DNA of 49,699 nt, taken from NCBI GenBank assembly GCA_014376985.1, contig JACMQM010000104.1, positions 1-49,699 of the forward strand, in the 5' to 3' direction. The notes beneath the pieces are model-generated. The model had not been told where the DNA came from and did no database searches. It worked only from the letters and a program-made list of their open reading frames with translations. The translations under genes were made by a program, and so were the position numbers. This stretch comes from Cytophagaceae bacterium (GTDB lineage Bacteria; Bacteroidota; Bacteroidia; Cytophagales; Cytophagaceae). Below, in pieces: positions 7,359 to 16,434 of this stretch; positions within the stretch are counted from its first letter, which is position 1, and the number at the start of each line of letters is the position of its first letter.

Positions 7359-8184
7359 ATCAGAAAAAACCACAGTGGATTACTTTCCATTCCTCTGCAA
7401 AGAAGGAAAGGCGATGTACTACATCGAGACGAAGTACGGAAATGACGGGTATGCGACGTGGGTAAAATTGCTTAGACAGTTGGCGGTTACGAGTAATCAC
7501 TATCTCAACCTGAAAGACAAAATAGAGTTGAAATTCATCGCCGCAAAATGCAATGTATCAGAGGCTAAGCTGATAAATATAATTGTTGACCTGTGCGAGA
7601 TGGGCGAGATGAATACCGAGTTGTGGCAGGAATGTAATATTGTTTTCAGCGAAAAGTTTATTGAAAATATCCAAGATGCCTATAAAAAAAGGAACAATCA
7701 CTGCATAACCCTGGTGGATTTACGGATCCTTTTACAGGGTTTAGGGATTCTTAAACAGGATAAAAGTACACCCAAGGTATCCGGTAATCCGCATACTATA
7801 CTAGATGATAGTATATCAGAGAATACAATACCAGAGAATAGTATAGAAAAGGATAAGGGTGCCGCTACCGCGACACCGCCACCCACACCAACAATAAGTT
7901 TAAAAGAAAGGGAAAAGGCGTTTTTTGATTCTTTGACCCCATACGTGAAAGATTACGGCCGCGAGATGTTGCGCGCATTTTATAACCACTGGTCCCAAAT
8001 CAACCCGGGCGGTAAAAAAATGTGGTTTGAAATGCAAAAGACATTTGAACTTTCAAAGCGCCTTCAAACCTGGAAAGCAAACGATATCGCTTGGAATAAA
8101 GAAGGAAAAGGGGGCGCCGCGCCGGAAAATTTGCAACAAACATTTGAAGATGGTATGACTGTTTTAAAAGCAACAAGACAATGA
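7351..8184 (+). CDS. replication initiation protein (DUF4373 / Lin1244-N-like, DnaD-related)
   Basis: N-terminus VDYFPFLCKEGKAMYYIETKYGNDGYATWVKLLRQL matches my recollection of the DUF4373 domain of phage replication proteins. Confidence 0.55.
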   Translation: MARSEKTTVDYFPFLCKEGKAMYYIETKYGNDGYATWVKLLRQLAVTSNHYLNLKDKIELKFIAAKCNVSEAKLINIIVDLCEMGEMNTELWQECNIVFSEKFIENIQDAYKKRNNHCITLVDLRILLQGLGILKQDKSTPKVSGNPHTILDDSISENTIPENSIEKDKGAATATPPPTPTISLKEREKAFFDSLTPYVKDYGREMLRAFYNHWSQINPGGKKMWFEMQKTFELSKRLQTWKANDIAWNKEGKGGAAPENLQQTFEDGMTVLKATRQ

Positions 8185-8990
8185 AACAAGGACTTACCAA
8201 AGTTGAAATATCGGAGTTGACCCTTTCAACGGTTGGAATACATTATAATGCCAATACAAGCGTTGTGCTGCGTTCCAATGGTAACCCGATGGTAATTGCC
8301 GCAAGCATGGCACCTAAAACGCTTAGCGAGGCCCTGGAAGCTCCAAAAATAAACTTTCTGTTGGCCACATGGGGAGAGGACAATGTAGAATCGTGTTTGT
8401 TGGCCATGTTGACAGACAGCGCAAAGGTTTTAGGCTTTAACACTGCTGAATCGGGCAGAATATTGGGACTTATGACCCGCGACTTCCTGGACATGTGCCC
8501 GGATTGGTCAATTGAGGATTTCATGATTTTCTGCCAACGAGTACGCCGTCGGGAATTCGGTAAGACTTTCGGTAAGACAGACTGGCAAGTATTTTATCAA
8601 TGGCGCATTATGTATTTCAACGAGCGCATGGATGAAATCGAAAAGCTAAACAAGTCACTGAAGGAAAAAACGGACCAGGAAAGCGAAACGGTAACCAAGG
8701 CAACACCGGACAAGTGGAAAGCCAAATTCGAAGAACTTATCGCCGAATTAGAATCCTCCAGGAAAAAGGATTCTAAGGACTACCAGGAACACAAAGAGTT
8801 GATAAAGCAAATGCAGGCCGAGTACATGGCTGTGAAGAAAACAGTGCGGTGGGATTGTGAGACTGATAAACAATTTACTTTTCAACAAAACTATGAAGTA
8901 GTGCACGAAACAGTAAAAGGCTTTGTGGTCCGTGACAATAAGCATAACGAGGAGTTTGTATACCGGGACGATGTAACCAAAAATTATTAA
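8181..8990 (+). CDS. hypothetical protein (replication-module position)
   Basis: 269-aa ORF with an ATGA start/stop overlap with the upstream gene. Confidence 0.55.
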   Translation: MKQGLTKVEISELTLSTVGIHYNANTSVVLRSNGNPMVIAASMAPKTLSEALEAPKINFLLATWGEDNVESCLLAMLTDSAKVLGFNTAESGRILGLMTRDFLDMCPDWSIEDFMIFCQRVRRREFGKTFGKTDWQVFYQWRIMYFNERMDEIEKLNKSLKEKTDQESETVTKATPDKWKAKFEELIAELESSRKKDSKDYQEHKELIKQMQAEYMAVKKTVRWDCETDKQFTFQQNYEVVHETVKGFVVRDNKHNEEFVYRDDVTKNY

Positions 8991-8994
8991 CAAA

Positions 8995-9183
8995 GTGGAA
9001 GATATAAAATTTGGAAGTATACAATATTTTGAGTTGCTCTCTTTGAGAGATAAACTACAGTCCAGGTACTTAAATAAGTTGGGGTTGTCAAATCTTGACA
9101 GGTTACGAAACGAGATATACCTAAAAGTTGAAAGCATTCATTACGATCACAACCAAAGTAAATCACAGCAACAAAATAAATAA
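8995..9183 (+). CDS. hypothetical protein (GTG start)
   Basis: 62-aa ORF filling a gap. Non-ATG start. Confidence 0.3.
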   Translation: MEDIKFGSIQYFELLSLRDKLQSRYLNKLGLSNLDRLRNEIYLKVESIHYDHNQSKSQQQNK

Positions 9184-9186
9184 ATC

Positions 9187-9801
9187 ATGAAAGAATTAGT
9201 ACAGCACTTTTTAACGAACAACATGGAAGAGGTTGTTAAAAAATCATTAAAGAACTGCCACTGTAAAGGGCTTTACTCAATAATGCTTTTGGATTCACCA
9301 GGTAAGACCATACGCCTATACGTTGCCACTCCTGGTAATGAAATGTGGAAGAACAGTCCAAACCATTCATTTAGTGATGACATGTCGATAGGCTTTCACC
9401 CACATCACTGCGATTTAAAAATTGTGGTATTACATGGGGCATTGTTTCACTGGCTGGTAACGGAAGTACCCGGAAACAACATTAAACGGTTTAAGTATGA
9501 CTCTAAAATCAAAACCGGCAAAATCAAATTTATAAGCGACGGCACCACTTCCTTGACAACGGATAAGGCAGGATTTCACAAAGAAGGGGACGTTATTCAT
9601 TTAGCCGCCGCCTCAATACATACGGTTTGTTGCTCTGTTAACCAAGTAACGGCATGGATGGTTTTCGAAGGAAAATCCGACCCCAACTATAAACCGGTGT
9701 GCTATTCCAATCACGACTTAACAAAGGCTGATTTCAGTGAATTATACCAACCAATGACGAAGGAGCTCATCCTGGCCACGATTGCACGTGTTGACCTGTA
9801 A
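9187..9801 (+). CDS. hypothetical protein, possible cupin-type metal-binding fold
   Basis: His cluster GFHPHHCDLKIVVLHG plus a later GDVIHLAAASIHTV. The call is tentative. Confidence 0.45.
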   Translation: MKELVQHFLTNNMEEVVKKSLKNCHCKGLYSIMLLDSPGKTIRLYVATPGNEMWKNSPNHSFSDDMSIGFHPHHCDLKIVVLHGALFHWLVTEVPGNNIKRFKYDSKIKTGKIKFISDGTTSLTTDKAGFHKEGDVIHLAAASIHTVCCSVNQVTAWMVFEGKSDPNYKPVCYSNHDLTKADFSELYQPMTKELILATIARVDL

Positions 9802-9803
9802 GT

Positions 9804-10001
9804 ATGGATACTACAGGAATGAGATTCCAATGTAAGAATTGCAAAAAGAAACAGAAGGTTGACGATTTACACTGGGAAGCATTATCACACGATGAGAGAG
9901 GAGATAGGTTTTGCGTTTCATGGAATTACTCAATTACAAAAAACATTTGCCCTTTATGTGGCAGCGACAAATTACGACACATTAAAGCTTTCAAAGTTTA
10001 A
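9804..10001 (+). CDS. zinc-ribbon protein
   Basis: CKNC...CPLC pairs within 65 aa. Confidence 0.5.
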   Translation: MDTTGMRFQCKNCKKKQKVDDLHWEALSHDERGDRFCVSWNYSITKNICPLCGSDKLRHIKAFKV

Positions 10002-10013
10002 AACTATACAAGA

Positions 10014-10532
10014 ATGTTAATAACAGACGATAAAATAGTTGTCACCAGCGAAATGATGACAGACGCAAACATGATGCGCGGAGGGGAGTTCGGTATACCG
10101 GTTGATCCAAAGGATCCTTCAAAGGGATTACAATGGAAACACGCCTTTGAGTGCGAAGATGATGACTTTGAAAAAATCGAGGAGTACTTCCTAAATAAAG
10201 CAAACCAGGTAATTGATATTTTTCAACTGGAATCGGAACGTTTCGCCTGGAGTATGGCAAAGTTTCCAGAAGCTACCGCCTTATCCAGCTTGCTTAAAAT
10301 GAAGGAGGAAATGGATGAGATAGAAGTCGAGTTGACCATGGAACAATCCTTTACTACAAAGGAAGCGACATCGAAAGAATACGCCGATGCTTTGATGTGC
10401 CTGTTTGACTCAGCGGGGCGCCATGGTATTACACCGGTTGAAATTTTCGCCGCCTACCGTGACAAATTTGAATACAACAAAACATGTGAATGGGTAAAGA
10501 ACCCGGATAACACATACTCACGCAAAAAGTAG
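10014..10532 (+). CDS. MazG-like / DUF550-type dNTP pyrophosphohydrolase
   Basis: LLKMKEEMDEIEVEL ... KEYADALMCLFDSAGRHGITP fits the all-alpha NTP-PPase EExxE / D pattern. Confidence 0.5.
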   Translation: MLITDDKIVVTSEMMTDANMMRGGEFGIPVDPKDPSKGLQWKHAFECEDDDFEKIEEYFLNKANQVIDIFQLESERFAWSMAKFPEATALSSLLKMKEEMDEIEVELTMEQSFTTKEATSKEYADALMCLFDSAGRHGITPVEIFAAYRDKFEYNKTCEWVKNPDNTYSRKK

Positions 10533-10536
10533 AACC

Positions 10537-11037
10537 ATGTCAGAAAAAGCAGATTGGACAGTTGCCGACAAAGACGGCACAATCAATATACCGGACGAGT
10601 TGGCGCCTTTATTCAATAAACTAGGCTTTCAAATGCGCTTTGTATTGCTTTCAGACAAGAACGAAATACAGGCGGTGGTTGATATGTGCTGGTTGGCTCA
10701 GAAGTTCTTCAGTGAACATCCGGAGGCATTGTTGAAACCAGAAGCCGCAGAATTACCGGATTTACATGATGCAATACACCAATGGTTTGAATTGTCATAC
10801 TCCCAGTATTTGACCATACCACGCAGCGTATTACAATCTATGCCTAGTGAGTGGCAAAAACAGTTTGTTAAATGTCTCAATGAACTGGATGAAAAGATCG
10901 ATTGGCGGCCATCAAAAGGCAGGTATTGGGTACAGTTGAAAAACGAAAAGGGCCAATACGTTCACGATCCACTTATGGATTATCAACGCGGCAGGAGAGT
11001 TATCCCATTTACAACCGAAGTAAAAGAGGGAGTTTAA
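10537..11037 (+). CDS. hypothetical protein
   Basis: 166-aa ORF. Confidence 0.55.
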   Translation: MSEKADWTVADKDGTINIPDELAPLFNKLGFQMRFVLLSDKNEIQAVVDMCWLAQKFFSEHPEALLKPEAAELPDLHDAIHQWFELSYSQYLTIPRSVLQSMPSEWQKQFVKCLNELDEKIDWRPSKGRYWVQLKNEKGQYVHDPLMDYQRGRRVIPFTTEVKEGV

Positions 11038-11038
11038 T

Positions 11039-11224
11039 ATGAACGGCAGCAAAAGGGATAAACAATGGTGCTCTTACCTATACGAAAAGAGATTACGGCC
11101 CAAAGCAAAAACTCGAAAGACATTTGACCTAAACGCCAGCAAGTACTCAATCTTCTGGTTTATCAGATGTGGGAAAATCAAAATAGTAACAGCCGGTTGG
11201 CAAAAACGAAAAGGGAAAATATGA
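11039..11224 (+). CDS. doubtful small basic ORF
   Basis: 61 aa, fills the gap and overlaps the next gene's upstream extension. Confidence 0.25.
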   Translation: MNGSKRDKQWCSYLYEKRLRPKAKTRKTFDLNASKYSIFWFIRCGKIKIVTAGWQKRKGKI

Positions 11225-11526
11225 ATTCAGGTATAGAAGTAATTGCTGCGGAAAGACAAAGGCAAATTGAAAAGGAGGGTTGGGATTCTAAACACGATAA
11301 TAAGTGTAACGACGATGAACAATTGACATTTGCCGCAATCTGCTACGCTACACCTCGCCGTTTACGAGGTTTTAGCGGGATTGATGTAAATACAAGACTA
11401 TGGCCATGGGCTTTAAAGTGGTGGAAACCTTCAGCGGTAGAAAGTACAGAGGGACGGATTAAAGAGTTGGCGAAAGCCGGAGCGTTGATCGCAGCAGAAA
11501 TTGACAGAATAAACAATTTAAAGTAA
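11221..11526 (+). CDS. conserved phage protein (ERQRQ...WPW family)
   Basis: Track ORF starts at 11167; the likely start is ATG 11221 (MNSGIEV). The pattern AAERQRQIEKEGW...AAICYA...WPW...AGALIAAEIDR recurs in many phages as a protein of unknown function. Confidence 0.55.
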   Translation: MNSGIEVIAAERQRQIEKEGWDSKHDNKCNDDEQLTFAAICYATPRRLRGFSGIDVNTRLWPWALKWWKPSAVESTEGRIKELAKAGALIAAEIDRINNLK

Positions 11527-11534
11527 AAGTAACC

Positions 11535-12119
11535 ATGTCCAAAGTAATCACATTTTCAAGGCACTTTCCAAAAGGCCATCCAAGGCAGGGGGAACCAACA
11601 TACTTTGTTGAGAAGTATTGGAACAGTTTCAACGTGCAAGCACTGGGGGAGGAGTTTGTCTACCCGTTCGAGGAAGAACTGTACAAACTGAATAAAGACC
11701 GGTTAGGCTTATGGCCATTACAGGATGTTACGTTTGATCCACCGATAATATCATCGATGAGGGAGTCCTTTGGCGCCAAACTTCACACTATAAGGGCAGG
11801 TAATCGCTTTAAAGAAGGTGAAATGTTTAGCCCCCGGGTATGGTCCGGTAAGCCATACAACAGCAAACAAATAGTAATTGGTCCCGATACTAAGGTTGTA
11901 AAGACTTACGAGATTTCAATTGTGTGCACTGGTGATAAAGGGTTTGCTGTATTAGATGGCCAGGAGTTCCCACTAAATAACGAATCAATGAACGCAGCAC
12001 TATTGGCTTCTAACGATGGCCTTACTGTTGGTGATTTGGTCGCTTGGTTTTCTAAGCCAATGAAAGGACAGATTATCTGCTGGTCCGATGAAGTAGAGTA
12101 TAACCACCATGTGGGATAA
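11535..12119 (+). CDS. hypothetical protein (possibly ASCH-like)
   Basis: 194 aa. The HTIRAGNRFKEG motif is the only basis, so the assignment is weak. Confidence 0.5.
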   Translation: MSKVITFSRHFPKGHPRQGEPTYFVEKYWNSFNVQALGEEFVYPFEEELYKLNKDRLGLWPLQDVTFDPPIISSMRESFGAKLHTIRAGNRFKEGEMFSPRVWSGKPYNSKQIVIGPDTKVVKTYEISIVCTGDKGFAVLDGQEFPLNNESMNAALLASNDGLTVGDLVAWFSKPMKGQIICWSDEVEYNHHVG

Positions 12120-12321
12120 AGTTATCGACTTAGAGGCTTACTTCTCTACTTCAATACTGCCACCTGGTCCAATAAGGATATCAGTATGCGAGACGATAGA
12201 AAACCCTCGGTTGTTTGTCGATAACCATTTGCAAATGGTGAAAAGAAACATCGGAAAAGAAAAGTTTTTACCCTACCTGGATCGGTTGATCCAGTTTAAA
12301 GAATTGATTGAAAAGACATGA
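12109..12321 (+). CDS. hypothetical protein
   Basis: 70-aa ORF overlapping both neighbours by a few nt. Confidence 0.45.
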   Translation: MWDKVIDLEAYFSTSILPPGPIRISVCETIENPRLFVDNHLQMVKRNIGKEKFLPYLDRLIQFKELIEKT

Positions 12322-13175
12322 AGCATATTTCTTTATTCAGCGGGATAGGAGGTTTTGATTTAGCGAGCGAATGGATGGGATGGGAGAATATTGCATCCTG
12401 CGAAATTGCTGATTTTCCTAACAAAATATTAGAATACTATTGGCCTAAAGCAAAACACCATAGAAACATTTATGACACAGATTTTACTATTTACAGAGGA
12501 AAGTGTGACATCCTTACAGGGGGATTCCCTTGTCAACCATTCAGTGTTGCAGGCAAAAGAAAAGGCACAGAGGATGATCGTCACCTCTGGCCAGAAATGC
12601 TTAGAGCAATTAGAGAAATTCAACCACTTTGGATCGTGGGAGAAAACGTTCTCGGCATTGTTAATTGGTCAAAAGGATTGGTATTCGAGCAGGTGCAAAT
12701 TGATTTGGAAGATGAAGGGTACAAGGTACAAACGTTTGTACTTCCAGCTTGTGGTGTCGGCGCTTCACACAGGAGATACAGAACTTGGTTTATTGCCTAC
12801 AGCGAGAGCAAACAAAGTCCACGCAAAACTTTCTCAGAACCTATCGGAGAGAAACAAAGGGAATTTGGAGGAATGGGCATCAAAACAAATGATGAATTTG
12901 ATACCGACACCAATGGCATCGGATCACAGAGACCGAGGCGGGCCCAGGAATCCTGCTATTCAGAACAGAGTAGAGAAAGGGAAGAGTATAGAGCTTTCAA
13001 TGATGGTCAACGGGAATTTATCAGTCCTATTTGTAGAGGATATGATGGGCTTTCCAAAGAATTATATCAGGAAAGCCTTAAAGGGTTAGGTAACTCCATC
13101 GTTCCACAATTGGTTTATCCAATATTCAAATCCATTGAACAATACGAGATATTATTTAATGAACCAGTGGGATAG
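12318..13175 (+). CDS. DNA (cytosine-5)-methyltransferase, with a frame anomaly in the middle
   Basis: Frame A carries motif I LFSGIGGFDLA, motif IV GGFPCQPFS, motif VI GENV, the motif VIII-like SHRRYRTWFIAY and motif X GNSIVPQ. The expected TRD/GFP region (LIPTPMASD, MMGFPKNY) is in the other open frame, 12472-13089. Confidence 0.75.
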   Translation: MKHISLFSGIGGFDLASEWMGWENIASCEIADFPNKILEYYWPKAKHHRNIYDTDFTIYRGKCDILTGGFPCQPFSVAGKRKGTEDDRHLWPEMLRAIREIQPLWIVGENVLGIVNWSKGLVFEQVQIDLEDEGYKVQTFVLPACGVGASHRRYRTWFIAYSESKQSPRKTFSEPIGEKQREFGGMGIKTNDEFDTDTNGIGSQRPRRAQESCYSEQSREREEYRAFNDGQREFISPICRGYDGLSKELYQESLKGLGNSIVPQLVYPIFKSIEQYEILFNEPVG

Positions 13176-13410
13176 ATATTACCGTGTTAAAATGGATACA
13201 ACGACTCAGGTAATAGAGTTAATGGATTCCGATCCTGATGCCGAGTACTTGTTACGGATAAGGGATTTGGCCACAGGTAAAGAAACATTTCTAAATAAGG
13301 ATTACCTCTTAAGAAAATGGACCGATGCGAATAATGGAATACAAACTCAACTCTTTATGGTTGACAAAACAGAAAAAATAAAAGCGTTGTACAAAAATAA
13401 AAAGCGATGA
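13135..13410 (+). CDS. hypothetical protein
   Basis: 91-aa ORF overlapping the methyltransferase 3' end. Confidence 0.45.
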   Translation: MNNTRYYLMNQWDRYYRVKMDTTTQVIELMDSDPDAEYLLRIRDLATGKETFLNKDYLLRKWTDANNGIQTQLFMVDKTEKIKALYKNKKR

Positions 13411-13490
13411 AAGTAAACTACGGATTGATCGGCGGTGTATTGGGTTGTTTCATATTCTGGGCAATTGTTCTATACCTCTTTACCAAATAA
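13407..13490 (+). CDS. 27-aa hydrophobic micropeptide (not in ORF track)
   Basis: ATGA overlap with the upstream stop. Product MKVNYGLIGGVLGCFIFWAIVLYLFTK. Confidence 0.3.
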   Translation: MKVNYGLIGGVLGCFIFWAIVLYLFTK

Positions 13491-13545
13491 CACGAATGGC
13501 ATGCCGTCCAGCAATGGACACATTTTTTGTAAACGTTCTAAACAA

Positions 13546-14310
13546 ATGATTTTAAACAGGCTTGGCAACAAGACAAAAATAGCTGGGGAGATACAGAAAT
13601 ACTTCCCACAACATGCGATTTACATTGAGCCATTCTTTGGCGCTGGTGGGATGTTCTTCAACAAACCAAAAGCCAAATACAACTTTGTAAACGATTTCGA
13701 TGATGATGTGTATAATCTTTATCGACAACTTCTCGATAATAAAGAAGAACTGATCCGGATGATAGAAATGACGCCGGTAACAGAAACCCAGTTTAAACAA
13801 TGGGGGAAAGGTAAGCGCGAGGATACTCCTCTTTTGAACGCTATCAGGTTTTTATTCATTTCCAACTTCGGACTATATGGAAAGCCTGACACACTACGTA
13901 TCGGAGCGGTAAACCCTAAGAAGGCCATCCTGGAGCACATTGATATTACTTTCGAATACCTGGGCGATGTGTACTTCTTCAACTGTGACTTTCGCAAGGT
14001 ATTTAAGAAGTGTGACTATAAAGGAAACATAGAGAAGTGCTTTTGCTACTGTGATCCTCCTTACCTAGAAACCGGCAGCAACTACTCTGCAGACTTTACC
14101 GAACAGGATAGCTTTGACTTATTCGACGTCTTGCAAGGTAGCGGAGTGAAGTGGGCGATGAGCGAGTTCAATCACCCTTTTATCTTACAACAGGCAGAAG
14201 AGCGCAAACTGAAAGTGAACTACATCGGCGAACGCAAAAACATAATGAACAAACGTATCGAGGTCCTTTTGACCAATTACGAAATACCCCAATACAATTT
14301 ATTCGACTAA
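13546..14310 (+). CDS. Dam-type N6-adenine DNA methyltransferase (D12 class)
   Basis: IEPFFGAGGMFF (SAM-binding motif) and CDPPYLETG (DPPY). The start is placed at ATG 13546 (MILNRLGNK) rather than the track's GTG at 13435. Confidence 0.8.
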   Translation: MILNRLGNKTKIAGEIQKYFPQHAIYIEPFFGAGGMFFNKPKAKYNFVNDFDDDVYNLYRQLLDNKEELIRMIEMTPVTETQFKQWGKGKREDTPLLNAIRFLFISNFGLYGKPDTLRIGAVNPKKAILEHIDITFEYLGDVYFFNCDFRKVFKKCDYKGNIEKCFCYCDPPYLETGSNYSADFTEQDSFDLFDVLQGSGVKWAMSEFNHPFILQQAEERKLKVNYIGERKNIMNKRIEVLLTNYEIPQYNLFD

Positions 14311-14323
14311 CCCCAAATAGAAA

Positions 14324-14743
14324 ATGGATATACTGATTGATTTCGATGGGACGTGCGTACTGCATGAGTTCCCTAAAGTAGGCCCCTCGGTTCCCGGGGC
14401 GGTTGAAACACTAAAGGCGATAGTTGCCAATGGTCACAACCTTATCTTATTCACCATGCGCAGCGATGTAGAGGATCCGAAAAGTGAATCCGAAGAAATA
14501 GTTTGCCAGCCTGGGCCATACTTAACAGAGGCGGTACAATGGTTTGTTGATAACGAGATACCATTGTATGGTATACAGGTCAACCCAACGCAGCACACTT
14601 GGACAACATCACCAAAGGCATACGGTCAGTTAATGATTGACGATAGCGCCCTGGGTTGTCCGTTAATTCCAGATCCGAACGCCCGGCCCTTTGTTGATTG
14701 GATCGGTGTTAGAAAGCTTTTAAAACTTAGAGGAGTACTGTAA
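14324..14743 (+). CDS. HAD-superfamily phosphatase / nucleotidase-like protein
   Basis: N-terminal ILIDFDGT (DxDxT motif I) and LFTMRSD (motif II-like). Confidence 0.6.
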   Translation: MDILIDFDGTCVLHEFPKVGPSVPGAVETLKAIVANGHNLILFTMRSDVEDPKSESEEIVCQPGPYLTEAVQWFVDNEIPLYGIQVNPTQHTWTTSPKAYGQLMIDDSALGCPLIPDPNARPFVDWIGVRKLLKLRGVL

Positions 14744-14931
14744 TGGATACAACTAACCTATTCAAAGAAATAGAGGCGCGCCATCCCTTATTAACAATTA
14801 GGGATATCGGTTTCATTTACGATTTGTCCATGTGGGCAAATCGTAAAATCACCTCACACCGCCTAAAAATGATTACCAATGTTATCAAATTTAAAAGAGA
14901 ACAGGATGAACGGTTTGGAATTACTCAATGA
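14743..14931 (+). CDS. hypothetical protein
   Basis: 62-aa ORF with a TAATG junction. Confidence 0.4.
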   Translation: MDTTNLFKEIEARHPLLTIRDIGFIYDLSMWANRKITSHRLKMITNVIKFKREQDERFGITQ

Positions 14932-15298
14932 ACTAAAGAGCCAATGCTGTCTAATATACAGCGATCACGATAAAGGGATAAATCCTGATTTAGCATTGGA
15001 GGAGATATGTCTGATTGTTTTGTCATTCTTTCCCGGTATCACTTTAGACGATTTGAAAGGATCCAGGCGAAAGCGTGAGTTTATTGTTCCTCGTCAACTA
15101 TGCATATTCTTTGTGCACGAGGCGAATAAAGGCACCATGTCGCTAAAGAAGATAGGGCACTGGTTTGGTGGCCGAGACCATTCAACAGTAATACATTCTA
15201 AAGACGCGGTGCAGGACCAGGTGGATACGGATAAGGTCTATTGCGAAATGTTCAATCGTGTTAGTATAGCGCTTAAACTAAGTACTCATGACAAATAA
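14906..15298 (+). CDS. DnaA domain IV-like DNA-binding protein
   Basis: SRRKREFIVPRQLCIFFVHE...MSLKKIGHWFGGRDHSTVIHSKDAV matches the DnaA C-terminal HTH signature. The start is taken at ATG 14906. Confidence 0.65.
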   Translation: MNGLELLNELKSQCCLIYSDHDKGINPDLALEEICLIVLSFFPGITLDDLKGSRRKREFIVPRQLCIFFVHEANKGTMSLKKIGHWFGGRDHSTVIHSKDAVQDQVDTDKVYCEMFNRVSIALKLSTHDK

Positions 15299-15497
15299 TG
15301 AGAATCCAGATGAGTACTATTTGGTAGTTAAGAAAGGTAAAAAGTTTCTAGAGGGCCACAGCTACTCCACCGCATTTGGTTATAAATACTATTGGACTGC
15401 TATCCTTTCAGAGGCTAGGCATTTCAATGTAACGGAAGACTACGCAGATAATTTCGCTAGTGACACCGGAGGGAAAGTTCAAACAATTAAAAGATAA
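15288..15497 (+). CDS. hypothetical protein
   Basis: 69-aa ORF. Confidence 0.45.
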   Translation: MTNNENPDEYYLVVKKGKKFLEGHSYSTAFGYKYYWTAILSEARHFNVTEDYADNFASDTGGKVQTIKR

Positions 15498-15503
15498 TAT
15501 ACC

Positions 15504-15731
15504 ATGGAACACTTCTATCCAATATTGGGGTACATCATTGTAAACGTATTGGGCTCATGTGCCGCCTTTCTTTTGTTGTTGTATGCATTTCGCTACATAC
15601 TTGAAAAGGTAATTAACTGGATTGGCGATGTGTCCTCTGGGATATGGATAATCGTCGAGTATCGCTTTCATCGGAAAGAGTTTAAAAAATGGATAAAAGA
15701 CAAGCAACGTATAAACCCTCATTACAAATGA
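15504..15731 (+). CDS. small membrane protein
   Basis: TM segment ILGYIIVNVLGSCAAFLLLLYAF. Confidence 0.5.
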   Translation: MEHFYPILGYIIVNVLGSCAAFLLLLYAFRYILEKVINWIGDVSSGIWIIVEYRFHRKEFKKWIKDKQRINPHYK

Positions 15732-15967
15732 TCAAAAAACAGAAATACTTCACATTGAAAGACGGCCTCATCTGGTGGGCCATATCCCTATTAGTTGTTG
15801 GATGTGCTATATGGACAGGTAGGCCGGTATACTTGGATGGGTATATTGTACTGATGAGGCCCTGGGCCGCCGCTGGCTACTTAGTATTAACTCCGCCCCT
15901 TATGCTATTTATTAAGTACTACTCATCAGAAGGGGCCAGCCCTACCAATGTACTGGATGACGAATAG
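15728..15967 (+). CDS. membrane protein (2 TM)
   Basis: ATGA overlap at 15728. Contains LIWWAISLLVVGCAIW and AAAGYLVLTPPLMLFI. Confidence 0.5.
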   Translation: MIKKQKYFTLKDGLIWWAISLLVVGCAIWTGRPVYLDGYIVLMRPWAAAGYLVLTPPLMLFIKYYSSEGASPTNVLDDE

Positions 15968-16299
15968 TATATAACATACCTGGCTCCTTACTATAGACAG
16001 CAGCCCCCCTGGTGGGCCTGTCCTATTGTAAGACTTAATCCCTAACCCATGTTGTGCACACCAGCTCACACGCTATTACAATAAGTATATAAGCACTACT
16101 GTATGAGAGGACCTATAATAATAACTAACCCCCACCGACACATCAAACGTAAGAAGAAACCTAAACGTAACCCTCAATCGTATGCCAAGGGTCATGCGTC
16201 ATCGGTTAGAGAGTTCACGTTAAAGACTGAGCGTAATAATGTTAAGGGGTGTGGCACGGCCTACCCTCATCCATGCGGCTGGTTATAAAAAAAGAAAAG

Positions 16300-16434
16300 G
16301 TACTCCTGGGGCCGCCCCGCTTCTACGCAATAGATGCTAAGCCGCGATCCGCATAGTCGTTCGAGGTATTTCAATAAATGTTTACATTTCTGTTAACATC
16401 AAGATGTAAACATCTAACTTTATAGATGTAAACA
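16300..16434. promoter_or_regulatory. candidate cos/terminase recognition region
   Basis: GC-rich quasi-palindrome GGGGC-C-GCCCC (16308-16318). GATGTAAACA occurs at 16403-16412 and 16425-16434, with the core TGTTTACAT (reverse complement ATGTAAACA) in inverted orientation at 16379-16387. All lie immediately upstream of TerS. Confidence 0.4.

Noticed and set aside
16103-16288. 61-aa very basic plus-strand ORF in the cos-like region
   Set aside because: It is isolated with no coupling to neighbours, and its composition (KRKKKPKR) looks like a chance translation of an A-rich stretch. The region is better explained as non-coding packaging or regulatory DNA.
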